From the NCBI RefSeq assembly GCF_009914755.1, contig NC_060929.1: DNA of 64,000 bases; one strand, given 5' to 3'. Below the pieces are notes generated by a model. The model did not search any database and was not told the DNA's origin. It worked only from the letters and a program-made list of their open reading frames with translations. This DNA comes from the human T2T-CHM13v2.0 reference genome, Homo sapiens. The position numbers were made by a program, and so were the translations under genes. Every line of letters begins with the position of its first letter. Within the stretch, counting starts at the first letter, position 1. Positions 1 to 17,704 of this stretch are shown here, piece after piece.

Positions 1-90
1 TTAATATTTTTATAAGGCCTTGCTCTGTTTCCTTAAATGTATTTACTTTAAAAGGACACTTTATATTATGATCTTAAATGGAAAAACTGG

Positions 91-536
91 TGTCAGACAA
101 AATTCCAACAAATTTAGTTATAGATTGAATTTGGCTTTTGTTTGTAATTCATGAATGGGGTGGCTTTCATTCTAAAATAGAATCAGAGTCCCCCATTCCC
201 ACCGCCACCCCCACTCTGGGCAATGGCAGAATGGTGGGTTTTGCAAGGTGGGGACAAGAAAACAGAACAAGAAAAAAAGGTGATTGGTCAATTTCAGGTT
301 ACTTTTTTGATAAGGGTTAAACAGAGGGGACTTCATTATTATGCCAACTCAGGTAGACTGGAATCTCTCCTGTTTTCAGCAAATATAGGGCTGTGGGGAC
401 GTATCTGTTTCCTTAAAGTTTCAGTTTGATTACGTGGCATTTAGCATGAGTGACTTCATTTTGGTTTGGACTGGTCTGTTGCGGCCTAGTGCTAGAGCTC
501 AGCCTAAAAAATGGCCTCCCATAATTTTTGTTTACA
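91..536 (-). mobile_element. Solo LTR, ERV1/MER4-group (MER93-like, subfamily tentative)
   Basis: TG...CA ends (tgtcagac at 91, tttaca at 536) with near-identical 4-bp flanks ctgg/ctag; the reverse strand begins TGTAAACAAAAATTATGGGAGGCC, as I recall for MER4-group LTRs. Confidence 0.6.
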
Positions 537-2289
537 CTAGTATCACACTATAAATGGAAGGCAACTTCAGGCCAGAGATGGGCTCACATCAGAAAAATCC
601 AGAATTCAATCATGTGCCCCGATTTAAAACCACCAATGTCTTTTGAAAGCCTTTCTGGGCTGACAAAGTTCTGTGTGATTGGTCTCTGATACCACTCTCT
701 CTAGAGCTTCACCCCCTACAGTGCAGGCCTATTGACCTTCTTCTAGGCCCTAGACTTGCCAAGCTCACTCTTCCTCTGTATTTGGTGTGACCAGCTTTTT
801 CTTGTCATTCCAATCTCTGCTTAAATGTCGCCTCCTGGAGTGGTTGCTGTTGGTGTCCTGCCCAGAAGCTTAGGTACCTTTACTAGCTCTATTTGACCAC
901 TCCCTTTCCCCCTAAATCCTCCATGTCACCAACAGCATATTTTACATACAGCATTTTGTTCAAAAAATATTTGTTGAATAGAGGGGAAAACATAGATAAA
1001 TGGCTGGATTGACACATTTGAAGAATTATAATAAATTGATTTGAATAATTAATTGATAAGACAGAAAACTTATTAATTATTATCTACTAACCACAATAGT
1101 TTTCAGAATAATCAGCTAAGGGAATAAAACAAAGACAGGATGATTTAGAGAGGAATTCTCAAGATTGGGCATCATAACCAGAGGTGTCCCGAGTTAGCAG
1201 AGAGCGGGAGGAACGCTCTGCACATCTGGGGACTGCCATTGGGACCACTAAAGACAAATGTACTTGCTGTTAGTTTCCATTAGACAGACTCATAAAATAC
1301 TACAGTTTGGTGTGCAACACAGACTGAGCCTTGAGATGACACAAAGCACAATGCCTGCATCGGGTTACCATATTTGGCAGATTGGAAAATGACTGTCAAT
1401 GCCACCTGAAGGGTCAATGTGACTGTTTTAGATGATAAAACTCTCACAATCTCTGTCCCTTATAGAGTATGATTTCTGATTCCCTAGACTGATCAGAAAC
1501 TTCTAGTGTCAAAGGGATGTGAATCATTTGACTGCATGTCTTCCTGTCTGCCCTCCTCTCAGCTCATTTGAGGTAAATGCTTAGCAGACACGTTCCCACT
1601 GATAAAACTGCATGCATATTTACTCTTCACTTTCTTGTTCTTTCAGACACAAATGCACAGTCTTAATCATAATAGGAGACACATTTGTAGTCCAAGAGTT
1701 GCAGCAATAATCTTACTGATTTTGCTTTTCTGCTTGCTTTTTCTGAGAAGACACGTTACTGTGATGCAAGGTGTGAAAGCTGCTGATGTTTACAGGAAAC
1801 AGATTGGAACAAGATATCAGCACAGACTGAGGTACCACGTTGTAGGGAGCCTGCCACTGCTTCCCAGGCCTCCCTGCCACCAGTAGCCCATTGGTGGCCT
1901 GCCCATTTGGGGTTTTGGCTGGTACCAAATGTGCAATTGCTCACTGTATCACACTTACAGCACTTATAAAGAAACTCTGACACTGTAAGTGCCAAGGTAG
2001 GGAAGGGGAGGGAGGTGGGATTGGAGGATTTTGCTCACTTCTACATAGCCTTCATTAGCATCCCCTAAAGCTGCCTGAAATAAACATTCAATCTAAATAA
2101 AGACTTATTTCTTGATATGTAAATGCAGCTTAAAAATAAGTCCCTTTCACACCTCTTTTAGCCACAAGATTGCCCCGAACCCCTTCTGGAAAGACATTCT
2201 GAACTCAGGGAGAACTTGGTACAGAATTCTTCTTTAAGACAAGACTTGTGAATTAAAGTAGTATGTTCAATATCACTATATTTACCAAT

Positions 2290-2666
2290 ATCTGTTCCTT
2301 CTCCTATCCTAGGCATATGGAAGACTGTACTTCTCAGTTTCTTTGCAGTTGGATAGGGCCATGTAACTAGTTATCATGGCCAGTGTAATGATACACATCA
2401 TTTCCAGGTGAGACAGTGTGATTCGCCCAACTCTTTCTTCCCCAACTTAGGCAACCATGGAGAAGATTGTATGCTGAGATGGAAGACCCAAAAGATTGAA
2501 GCAGCCTGGATAACTCGGGTACCACACAGAGGACAACTGCCCTAGAGAGTTGCCTTGACCCGCAAAAGACATTGCCTGAGATGAAAATAAACTTTTATTG
2601 TGTTAAACCTTTGAGATCTGGGGCTTGTTTGTTACTGCAGCATAACTTAGCCCATTCTTACTAACA
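2290..2666. mobile_element. Degenerate MaLR LTR (MLT1-type)
   Basis: Ends in 'aataaacttttattgtgttaaacctttgagatctggggcttgtttgttactgcagcataacttagcccattcttactaaca', a typical MLT1 3' end. Confidence 0.6.
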
Positions 2667-4818
2667 TAAGAAATGCCCAATGGAGTGCCTGTCAATTCTT
2701 CTCGGATCTCATCCTACCTCTCTTCCAGCCAGATACTATCTTACAAGCTAGTCCTCTCTCCTCTAATACTCTTCCACAGCCAACCCATCTTTAGACTCTC
2801 TAATCACCTAAACCTTAAGATTTTTCTTCCTCAAGAATCTTTCTCAAGCCACATTTGCCTTAGCAGTTCATTCTTCTGAGAATTTATTCAATTGTTTCAT
2901 GAAACAAATAAAGTCTCATGGAGAATTAGTCTCAGTATCCAGGGAAGAGAGAATATTTGATTTTCTTCACATAATGTATTTTTACATGACTAAATTAAAA
3001 AGTAGGTCGTTTGTCTTTACTAGGTGAAGATAAGAACTACTTTCCCCTTTTCCTGACACTTCTAAAGTTAATCTTAGGACTTAAAATGCTGGTGTAAAAA
3101 TAATTGCTTTTTCCTCTACTGTAAAGTTAACACCTAAGTGCCTAGAGACTCTGCCAGTGACCCAAACTTAAACTCCAACCATTTGCACAGAATGATCTTT
3201 CCCTGGCCAAAGAAAATGCCTCCTTGGGTCTAGAAGTTAGGCTTGCAGTTTTTGAACTGCTCCATCAATCTACGTGAAACTTCACACTTCTCGGCCATAA
3301 CTGCTAGGGAGAATGCTAGAAACAACTGGATCTTTATTTTCTCCGATCACCTCTGAGTGAACGAGGCAGAATAAATAAAGCAATGGACCCTTAGATGTAC
3401 TTTACTGAGTTGACCTTTAAAGTTAGTGGAGTAGAATTCACTTGGATTCTATGTCCACTTGCTCTTTTAACTTTAGTTAAAAGCAAATAACAGAAAATTT
3501 AAATACAGAGGCTGAAACGATTAGTAGTTTAATTGATGATTTCTTTTTGGTCTGATATTTTAGAGATTCAAAGATCTCCCCAAAGGTGAGAAGTAACTTC
3601 TAGAGGGTGTTAGAATGTTATCCCCAGCCTTCAGGACACAGAAACCCTTATCAAATATAGAAAGGTTGGAAAGCAGCCAATTGTCAGAAAAGCCTGGGTG
3701 GACTGTATCCAAGGCAAAAAGACCCAACTGGAGAGATAAGCTGGCCTTACTTTGTGAAGATGACCCGGTTGGTTGCCTCAGTTACAGAGCTCCAGTATCC
3801 TCTATCCCCCACCCCCTCCTTCTCTAGTTCTTTTGGGATGGCAATATGTCAGCGCTAAATCACACTTAAACATAAACCAATCATGACAACACTGTTTCCT
3901 GTTTTCCCAGACTTCCTTGCAGATAAGGATGGCCAGGTAACCTCATTGTGGCCAATGAGCTATTTAAGTAAGTTTGTTGGGTAACTTTTTGGAAAAGATT
4001 TTGCATTTATAATGACATGGACAAGCATGATTAGCATTAAATCTGCATTAAATGTAAATATAATGCTTAGTGATAGAACAGCCATTTTGGGATTATTAGG
4101 CCCTAAGCATGAGGGAAAGTTTCAAGAGAAGGATTAAGATGCTAGCCCACTCAGGGACTTCTTTTTCTGGCCAAAGTGAGACTAGATTTACCCTTCTGCT
4201 TGAAGTGAACATAAAAGATGACAGAATATATGAAATGACAGATTTTTTAAGACATTGGGACATCAGACAAGAAGAATAGAGATACAAAAGGGCTGGGGTG
4301 TGGGGGTGGGGAAGGTGAGCGCTATGATTGCCCTGGATTACCGCCTTGAAAGAGTTTTCAGGCTATGGAGGAGGCGGAATCCAGGCAGAGGCCAGCAGAC
4401 TAAGTTGAGACGATAGAGCCAAGCCACCAAGAACAACGCCGATAAATCTTGCAGGCCAGAGTACCACAGAAGAGATTGCTGTGCACAGCCAGCAATCCAG
4501 AGATCTGCAGAGGGCCCTCCTTGAGCTTCAGCCAAGTACTGATCACCACATGCATGTGAGGAAACCACCTAAGACCAGGAAGGAAACCACCCAAACAGAT
4601 TATGGGATGTTGCCTGACCACAATGGAATTAAAATAAAAATTAATAACAGAAAGATCTCTGAAAAATCTCCAAATATTTGGAAACTAACTATGATCAAAG
4701 AAATCAAAAGGAAAATTACAGAGTGGTTTGAACTTAAAAAAAAAGTAAGAAGGAAAAAACATAATACATTTTATGAAATGCCACTTAAACAGTGCTTAAG
4801 GGGAAAACCATAGCACTA

Positions 4819-5873
<1,055 letters not shown>

Positions 5874-5992
5874 GTAGAAGTCAATAAAGTAGAAAACAGA
5901 AGAAAAATAGAGAAGATCAATGAAACAAAAAAACAGCTTTTTGGAAGATCAATATAATTGAAAAAACTTATCAGGAAAAAAAAAAAAAACAT

Positions 5993-6662
<670 letters not shown>

Positions 6663-8530
6663 TCAGAAATTATACAGGTGATATCATTTCTACGTGATTC
6701 TACATGTAGATTCTACAAATTTTAAAAGGATATGGATTCTACAAATATTAAAAGGATAATGGAATATTATGAATAATTGTATGCCAATAAAATTGATAGC
6801 TGAGATGAAATGGAAAAAAATACCTTGAATTATACAAATTGCCAAAGTTTACTCAGAAAGACACAGACAACCTGAATAGCCTTATATTGATTGACGAAAT
6901 TGAATTTGTCATTAAATGTGTTCCAATAAATAAAACTCAAGGTCCAGATGGCTTCACTCATAAAATCTACCAAACATTTAAGGAAGAAATAATACTAATA
7001 CTATAGAATCTCTTCCTAAGAAATTGAAAATGAGGAAAATACTTCCCAGCTCATTCTACAAGGCCACTATTACTCATACGAAAATTAAACCAAAATATTA
7101 TAAGAAACCTATAGCCTAATGTCCCATATTAATATAGATGCAAAAATTCTGAACAGATAATAGGAATACAAAGTTGGTTTAACATTGAAAAATCTATCAA
7201 TGTATTTCTCCACATAAAGTAAAAACCAACTCCATATGATCATCTCAATAGATGCAGAAAAAGCACTCAACAAATTCAGCATTAATCCTGATCCTAACTC
7301 TTAGCAAACTGGAAATAGGAAGACTCTTCCATAACCTGATAAAAGGCGTTTACTAAAATGTAGTTTACAACATACCTTATGATGAAAGACTGAATGCTTT
7401 CCTTCTAAGTTCAGGAACAAGACAAGGATGACTGCTCAACACTTCTACTCAATATTGTCCTTGAGGTGCTAGTTAGGGCAATCAGGGAAGAAAAAGAAAT
7501 ACGAAGCATCCAGATTGGCAAGAAAGAAAGATAATTGTCTATTCATAGACAGCATAAACTGCAGAAAATCCAGTGGAATCTCCAAAAAAAGCTATTATAA
7601 TGAATAAGTTAGTTTGGCAATGTTGTAGGATGTTTGTACAACATTAAAAAATCAATTGTATTCCTATTCACTAGCACAGAACTATCAGGTATTGACATTA
7701 AAAAATACAAATTACAATAGCATAAAATACCTGAAATACCTAAGTATAAATCTAACAAAAAAACTTTAATGTCTGTATATTGTAAACATTATTGCAAGAA
7801 AATTTAAAAACATAAATGAACAGGTAAAATGTTTTCATGAATCTAAAAACTTAATATTGTTACAATGTCATTCCTCCCCAGTCTATAGATTTGATACAAT
7901 CCAAACCAAAATCCCAAGAGGCTTTTTTTTTTGTGGAAATTGACAAGTTAATTTAAAAATTCATATTGTAACGCGAAGGACCAAGAATAGCTAGCCATCT
8001 TTAGGAAAAAAATAATGTAGGACTTACATTACTGGATTTCAAGACTTATGATAAAGCTACAATAACCAAGACAGGATAATACTGACAAAGCTAGACAAAT
8101 AAATAGAACAGAGAGACCAGAAATAAACTCACACATATATTGACAACTGATCTTTCATAAAATTGCAAAAGCAAGTCAGTGGAGGAAGATAGTTTTCTAA
8201 ACAAACTAGATGCTAGAATGATAGATTGAATATCCATGTAGAAAAAAAAAAGTGAAGTCTGGTCCATACCTCACACCATCTACGAAATTTAATTCAAAAT
8301 GGATCATAGATATAAATGTAAAATCTAAAACTACAAAATTCTAGAACATATAGAAAACATTTGTAACTCTGGGTCACAAAGATTTCTTAGATATATCTCT
8401 AAAAGCATGATGCATAAAAGAAATAATTGATACACTGAATTTTATCGAAATTAAAAACTGTGTTTTTGAAAGACACAGTCAAGAGAATGAATAGATAAGC
8501 CTCATACTGGGAGATAATATTTGCAAGTCA

Positions 8531-9070
<540 letters not shown>

Positions 9071-9299
9071 TTAGAATGGCTAAAAGCTTTCTTTTTTAAC
9101 CACCATACCAAGTGCTGGCAAGGAGGTACAAGAACTGGAACTCTCATACACTGCTGGTAGGGAAGTAACGTGGTAGAACCACACTGAAAACATTTGGGGT
9201 TTTATTAAAACAAATTCAATATTTATTTACCATACGACCCAGCCATCCTACTCCTAGATATTTACCCAAGAGGAAAGAAAATGTAGTTCATACATACCA

Positions 9300-9603
9300 T
9301 TTTTTTGTCGTTGTTTATTTGGAGACAGAGTCTCGCTTTGTCACCCAGGCTGGAATGACTGGCAGGATCTCGGCTCACTGCAACCTCCACCTCCCAGGTT
9401 CAAGCTGTTCTCCTGCCTCAGCCTCCTGAGTAGCTAGGACTACAGTTGCCTGCAACCATGCCCAGCTAATAATTGTATTTTTTAGCAGAGATGGGGTTTC
9501 GTCATGTTGGCCAGGTTGGTCTCAAACTCCTGATCTCAAGTGATCCACCCAGCTTGGCCTCCCAAAGAGCTGAGATTATAGGCATGAACCACTGTGCACG
9601 GCC
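9300..9603 (-). mobile_element. Alu
   Basis: T-rich tail followed by gagacagagtctcgc ... reverse Alu consensus. Confidence 0.93.
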
Positions 9604-11176
9604 ATACATAGACTTTTACACAAATGTTCTTAGTAGCTTTATTTGTAATAATCAAAAACTGGAAACAACCTAAATGCCCTTCAATAAGTGGGCAACATTT
9701 ATGGATAAACAAAACATAATATATCCATAAATGAAATACTCTTTAGTAATAAAAAGAAAGAAACTATAGATACACACTACAACATGGATCAATCTAAAAA
9801 TAATTATGCTGAGTGAAAGAAGCCAGACAGAAAAGAGTACATACTACTCTATAGAAAATTCTAGAAAATTCGAATCAGGCTACAGTGACAGAAAGCAGGT
9901 CCATGGTCACCTGAGGAGTACAGGAAGAGACAGGAGGGAGAGATTATAAAGGGGAACCAAGAAACTTTTGGGGGTGATAGACATGTTCACTATCTTGATG
10001 GTTGGGTTGGTTTCATGGGCATATACAAATGTCAAATTATCAAATTGCACCCTTTATGTGGCATTTATTCCATATCAAGTATACCTCTTTAAAGCTATTT
10101 TTAAAAGAAGGAAAAAAAAAAAGATTGCTATCCCTGACATTGTTGAGCCACTTAACCAATGGACTGCCTATCTCTAAATCTTTTGATTATGAAAAAAAAA
10201 AAAAAAAATGAAGCCATAGTAAGTCAGTTTTCCTGTTACTTGCAGCTGGAAGCATAACTTACCACTGCAACTACACAACACCTTGGCTTATATAATAAAA
10301 GTCACAGAATATTCAAGCTTGAAGAGATCTTGGGGATCAGCCATTCAAAGCCTATCCTGCCTGCCCCACTCCACTGCCATCCCCCCCAACTTTTCTTTAC
10401 AGATAAGGAAACAGAAATTCAGAAGCTTGGAGGGACTTGCCCAGACTGACACAGCAGATCTATTAGGAGCTGCAGGATGAGAGCCGCAGTGTCCCGGTGT
10501 CCTGACTCCAAAAGCTGGGCTCTTTCCAGTGCACCATATCGCAGTCTGCCTTTTCAATTTTTAATTTCTAAATTTTATTTCCTTAAAACAGCAAAGAGAA
10601 AAAAATACAGGGTGGAATTTAATGCTCACAAGTAGAATTACCTAGAGGAATCATTGTATGTTTTATAAATGAGGCAACAGAGCTTTGGGGTGCAGATGAG
10701 AAAGGGATATTTTCTCTTAGTCACAAAGCCAACATTAAACACAGGCCTCTTGAGACACTACTTGCCCTAATGATTCTCAAATATATGACTTATTTCTAGT
10801 AGTCAACACCTGCCTTCGTGAAATAAACACTCCTCTATGTGTGTGTGCCTGGAATAGCAATCCTGATGTTTCTAAGGGTATTCACATTTTAAAAGTGAAG
10901 TGTAAAAATTCAGTCATTTTGTGTTGGTTGACATTTTTTAAATGGCATGTCTTTTTTTATAACTGAAAACTAAATTTGGTTTAGGTTAGGCTTACACATG
11001 AAGAGCTGAAAGGTTGTTTTATTCCTTAAATGTTCCCATCTTTGAGCAGAGGCCAAACAATGAAAATTCTAGCTGGGATAGAATAAGAACGTTATTATCA
11101 CCAAGTCATGGGTAACTGAAATTTTCCTGGTTCCACATGCTATTAATATCCTACGTGTCAAACAAAAGTTAGGAAC

Positions 11177-11664
11177 TGCTAAAGAAAAGATTATTCAATC
11201 CTTCTTATTAAAGCACAGTAAGGAAGACTTTATTGAGGCCCTCGCTATAGGTACAGTGACAACTGCAATGAGGTTTTGGAGTGGGGGAGGAAGATTGAGT
11301 TCAACTGTGAATACTGCATGAGCAAGTGGAAATTTATAGCCAAGGAGGAGGGTGGGGACCAGTGGATGGAAAACTACTAAGAGGGAACATCAGGGGTAAG
11401 GGGGATTCTGACTAGACAGGCCTAACAGGATTCTTGCTGAAGACAGGCCAGGGTGATCAGACCTCACCTGGGGGATGGTGGAGGACGAGGAACCTCATTA
11501 GATATCAACGGGGATCAGATATCAAGGGTGGATGTTTGGGGGGGATTCTTGTGAAACTGACTTAGCTGGGCTCTTTGCTAAAACTGGATTTCCCAAGGAA
11601 GTGCGCTGATAGGTTCTAAAAGGTTTAGGAGCCTAAAATTTGGCCAAGCAAAGAATCTTTGTCA
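11177..11664 (-). mobile_element. Solo LTR, MER31-like (ERV1)
   Basis: TG...CA ends with a perfect 4-bp TSD GAAC (11173-11176, 11665-11668); the reverse strand starts TGACAAAGATTCTTTGCTTGGCCAAA. Confidence 0.75.
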
Positions 11665-11672
11665 GAACACAG

Positions 11673-12131
11673 CATCGACCTAAAGAAAGAAACTGAGGAA
11701 AATTAATATAGGTAGAGAGTTTATTTGGGCCAACGGTGGGGACTGCCAACTGAGAAACTCTTCCAAGTTGCTTTGGGGAGTGCTCCAGAGAACAAAGGGC
11801 AGGCATGAGTTTTTAAAGAAAAAAGGACAAATCAGGAGAGGAGGTGATTACAAACGTTGTTTTTCAGAATTTTCATTGGTTCCCAGAAATAACATTCATC
11901 AGTATTGGCTATATACGTTGTTAAACTATGGGGTATGAGTTATGGCGTTCAGAGTGTGGCATTGCTAGGTGGCAACACTCAGTTTAGAGTCCATACAGCA
12001 GGCAGTTTCAAGAGATGATTATTCAGCTCAAGGTGGGGAAGTGCGGCAAGACTGATGCCTCATTCCTATGCTTTGCTGGGCCTGGTAATTTTAAAGGGAC
12101 TGCATCACTCAGGTGTTTCTTGTCTTTCTCA
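11673..12131 (-). mobile_element. ERV1-class LTR (subfamily not assigned), abutting the previous LTR
   Basis: 'gacctaaagaaagaaactgagg...gagagtttatttgggccaa' resembles MER4-group LTR 3' ends in reverse, with AATAAA on the minus strand. Confidence 0.55.
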
Positions 12132-12715
12132 GTCTCTCACCTGTGTGGTTATTTTACTTTGCTTTCCTAGAGCACAGCACCAATACACATACCTTATACA
12201 ACCTTACACACATACCTTGCTATCCTTCCTTTATAAGAAAGGTGACTCCAAATCTGAGCTCACAGGGGATGTTGGAAAGTCAAAGTGACTTGGGGAAAAG
12301 TTATTGAAATGACTACATTTTTGACAAATATGAACAAACGATAAGGAAAGATGAAAGGAATTGAAATCACTCAGCCTCAGACAAGTTAAGAAGATATTCA
12401 GTCTCCACCTGATATTATTTTCAAGGCTTCCTGACCAAATTCTGCTGAAATTGTTCACGACATTAATTACATGGTAAGAAAGACGCTGATATTTGCCTCT
12501 CTGAAATCCATTCCAGCTTCTTCTTCACCAAGCAGAAACACAGTTTTGTTTAGGAGTGGCACAACCTGACAAAAATCCTCTCCCTGGCCAAACTCTAGCC
12601 AGGCCCCTCTGAGCCCTCTTCTTGGTTAGGCCTCAACCTTGGCCTATAAGAATGACAGACTCTTGGCACAAATGATTTCCACCCTTTACCCTCCGTATAT
12701 ATGCATATATATATA

Positions 12716-13336
<621 letters not shown>

Positions 13337-13349
13337 CATGTATTTTTAA

Positions 13350-13521
13350 AAAATCTTTGACTGCAAGGATTTTACTATGTATTTTTATGTTTAATTCATA
13401 GTAGGTGCATATACTTATGCACTTACTATGGTACATAGTAGGTATGTATATTATGGGGTACATGAGATATTTTGATACAGGCATACAATGCGTAATAATC
13501 CCATTATGGAGAATGGAGCAT
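13350..13521 (-). mobile_element. L1MA-type 3'-end fragment
   Basis: 'gtacatagtaggtatgtatattatggggtacatgagatattttgatacaggcatacaatgcgtaataatc' matches the reverse L1MA 3' terminus. Confidence 0.75.
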
Positions 13522-14726
13522 ACCCTCCATATTAAGAGACTTGACCAGACACTAGGGTCGTTTCCAGTGTCGTTAAAGTGCCCCTTTAAAGTACCTGCCT
13601 GAGAAAAGCAAAGGCTTCGAGGAGAATTCACTATTTGTTTTTAGCCAACCCCTGAGGATAAGCCCCACCACTTTCAGAGCATTTACTATAAAGGGCTTAC
13701 AATTGAGGATCCTCTTGCTGCCCCTTTGAGATATCTAGGTATCACCTACAACTCAGGGGTATCTTACTCAAGCATGTGAAGGTAATTCCTTTACAATGAT
13801 AATCATCAGGAAGGAAGGGGCCTCTGTCTCCCAGCCTATGTGGAATCCTAACTTCAATAAATGCCAGCTGGCAGATGCAGCTGCCTCATGGGCATTTACA
13901 CTGACCAACCCTTGTAATTTTTCACCCTAACTCTACTGAGCCCCACTCAACCCCTCCCTGCTGCCTCACTCTCCCTTTATTTTTTATCGAGACAGGGTCT
14001 CGTTTTGTTGCCCACAGCCATGTGCCACCACACCTGGCTATTTTTTTTTTTTTTTTTTTTTTGTGACAAGGTCTCAACTCCTCCTGCCTCCACCTCCCAA
14101 AGTGCTGGGATTACAGGTGTGAGCCACAGCACCAGGACCATTCTCCCTTTAAAATACCCACTCACTTCTGTGCAAATCAGAGTTGAGTTCAGTTCACACT
14201 GGACCCTCTTCCCTACTACAATTGTGTATTATGGGCTAAAAGCCGTCCTTACCACTTTAGTGTCCAGCTGTATTTACCTTGGATGGTGCTGAGTAAAATT
14301 ATTCCCCCACCCCATTCCCTGCAGCAAAGGGTGGCCAGGGGACACTCACCTGACCACTGAGACATACGCTGAGTTTCTGGGAAGACATTTTTCTCTTGCC
14401 CTCCTGCACTCCTCCCTCACACCTTCTTTTCTGATGGCACAGGGACAGGAAGCCTGGAGACGCAGCAGCCACCTGGAAATATGAGGTCACAAGCATGAGG
14501 AAGACACAGCAGGTAGCAGACTGCCTCCTGAAATTCTACTAAGATGTTTCTCAGGCATTTCAGTCACGACATGCCCAAAAAGGAACTCTAGGTCTTTCCA
14601 TTTCTACCTTTGGAATTTCCAATTTTGATAAATATCATTGCCACCCATGTGTTGCTATTGTCAGAAGCTTGGCGGATGTCATTGACCGACCCTTCTCCTC
14701 GCAGACTCCTTGCATTCATTTTTTAA

Positions 14727-14975
<249 letters not shown>

Positions 14976-15789
14976 TTTTAACCATTTTAAAGTATACAGT
15001 TCAGTGGGGTTTGACACATTCACAATGTTGTGCAAACATCACCATAATCTAGTTCTAGAATCTTTTCATCACCCCAAAAGAAAGTCCCATATTCATTAAG
15101 CAGCACTTCCTATTCCTCCCTTCCTCCAGCTCCAGGCACTAATTTGCTTTGTGTTTCTGTGGATTTGCCTATTCTGGATATTTCATAAAAATGAAACCAT
15201 ATAATATGTGGCGTCTGTGTCTGACTTCTTTCATTCAGGATAATGTTTGCAAGGTTCATCCATGTTGTAGCATGTATCAGTACTATTCCTTTTTGTGGCC
15301 AAATAATATTCCATTGTATGGATATACCACATTTTGCTTATGCATTCATCAGTTGAGGGACATTTGGGTTGTTTCTATCTTTTAGCTATTGTGAATAATG
15401 CTGCTATGAGCATTTGTGTTTAAGTTTTTGTTTGACCATCTCCTTTAAATTTTCAGGGTTACATACTTGAGAGGAATTGCTGGATCATATGGTAATCTGT
15501 GTTTAACTTACTGAAGAACAATAAACAATTTTCCACAGCAGCTACCTGATTTTACATTTCCACCAGCAAAATATGAGGGTTCCAATTTTTCTGCATCCTC
15601 ACTACACTTATTATTTTCTGGTATTGTTTTTAATTATAGTCACCCTAGTGGGCATGAAGTGGTATCTCACTGTGGTTCTAAGTTATATTTCCCTACTGAC
15701 TCATGATGTTGAGCATCTTATCATGTGCTTTGTTGGCCATCGTATACATTTCTTCTTTGGAGAAAAGTCTATTCAAGTCCTTTGTCCAT

Positions 15790-16395
<606 letters not shown>

Positions 16396-16552
16396 CTCCA
16401 CCTGCACATTTAAAATGGAATTGTTTGGGTTTTAGTTGTAAGCATCCTTTATATATTCTGGATACTAGACCCTTATCAGATGTGTGATTTGGTGAATATT
16501 TTCTCCATTCTGTGAATTGTCTTTTCAGTCTCTTGGTAGTATCCTTTGATGC

Positions 16553-16966
16553 TACAGGGGCCAAAGGAAAACTTCCCCTTTGCCCTCTGAAGTTCTGCTG
16601 AAAAATCACCTGAAAAAAGGCAGATTAATAGGGGAAAATGATATGCAAACTTACTAGCCTGTGTGGGAAAAAAACCATAGAATGATTGCTCAACCCCACA
16701 ATGGGGCACAGATAGTTACATTCCCTTCTTAGTGGGGGAAGGGAGACAAAGCATTGTGGATAATTTTAGCAGGGATAGTAAATGATTTTTAGGGGAATTC
16801 AGGGGGCTTGAAGAACAAAGTCTGTTTGAAGGACAAAGTCTGTTGAACCCACAGAGCCGACGATGGTTCTTGACAAAAGTCTGTCCAGGTGTGTTAACAG
16901 ATTTCAGTCTTTCTGCAATATGAGTTCAGTTAATGAAAACCCAAGGAAGGGACCAGAGGTAATTGC

Positions 16967-17002
<36 letters not shown>

Positions 17003-17704
17003 GTAGTTAGCATTTAATGAACCTCCCTCCATGTGGCTTCAAGCCACCAGGACGCAGATCCCCTGCGACTCCCTTCATCTTCTCCTCAGCTCTTCTGCTG
17101 AAGAATTTGGCCTTCATGATGACAGGTTGCTTTGGGAGCTTTCCCTTTCCCAGAACTTTGTAGTAGCCCAATAGCGCCACATCAATGATGGGAGCAGCCC
17201 CAGTCTTGTTTTCAGCAGCATTTGCCCATGTCTGCTCGCTGACCAAAGTCCACAGTTTGTCAAGGTTGACAGTTGGGCAGAAGCTCTGGTTCCTCTTTAA
17301 GTGGTAATGCGTCCTACCAACTTTCCCAAAGTAGCCTGGGTGGTATTTGTTGAAGCTGGTCCTGTGGTGATGTGTGCCACCAGCATTACCGTGGCCTCCA
17401 GGGTGCTTCTGGTGCTTCCCTTATAGGGTCATGGCTGTGGATCACGTGGCCCTGAAGTTTCCGGGTCTTCCTCAGTCTGGATGGCACGTTGGTGGCCCGG
17501 ACGAAAGGGCAATTGCTTTCTTCTTTGGTGAGTCCAGACTTTAGGCAGATTTGAGAACTTAGAGAACTTCATCCTGAGCTTAGGGAGAGATAAAAGATTG
17601 AGAGGTAAGAGGCAGGGGGAGGGTCAGAGAGACCTTGAGGCTTCTTGCTCAGTTCAGCATGTCAAAGCGCCATACTTTGGGGTATCGGTTTCTGAACCCC
17701 AACA
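16553..17704 (-). mobile_element. MER34/MER39-like solo LTR split by the RPL27A retrocopy
   Basis: Left end is similar to the reverse complement of the 3' end of the 5286-5873 LTR (ggggccaaaggaaaacttcccc); right end reads TGTTGGGGTTCAGAAACCGATACCCCAAAG on minus; flanks atgc/atgt. Confidence 0.7.
16973..17510 (-). pseudogene. RPL27AP5: Processed pseudogene of ribosomal protein L27a (uL15), full length; copy number suffix from memory of this locus
   Basis: Intronless match to RPL27A (PSRLRKTRKL..., [40 protein letters not shown]); ATG changed to GTG at 17487-17485; frameshifts; ATTAAA then poly(A); 12-bp TSD aattgctttctt at 16961-16972 and 17511-17522. Confidence 0.95.

Noticed and set aside
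1621-2000. Strong-looking plus-strand acceptor at 1646 and an 83-aa hydrophobic ORF in repeat-poor DNA
   Set aside because: Motif only; no recognisable homology and no partner exons can be supported from the sequence alone.
17007-17246. 79-aa RPL27A-like ORF as a functional retrogene
   Set aside because: Native ATG lost, upstream frameshift, and C-terminus shifted out of frame.
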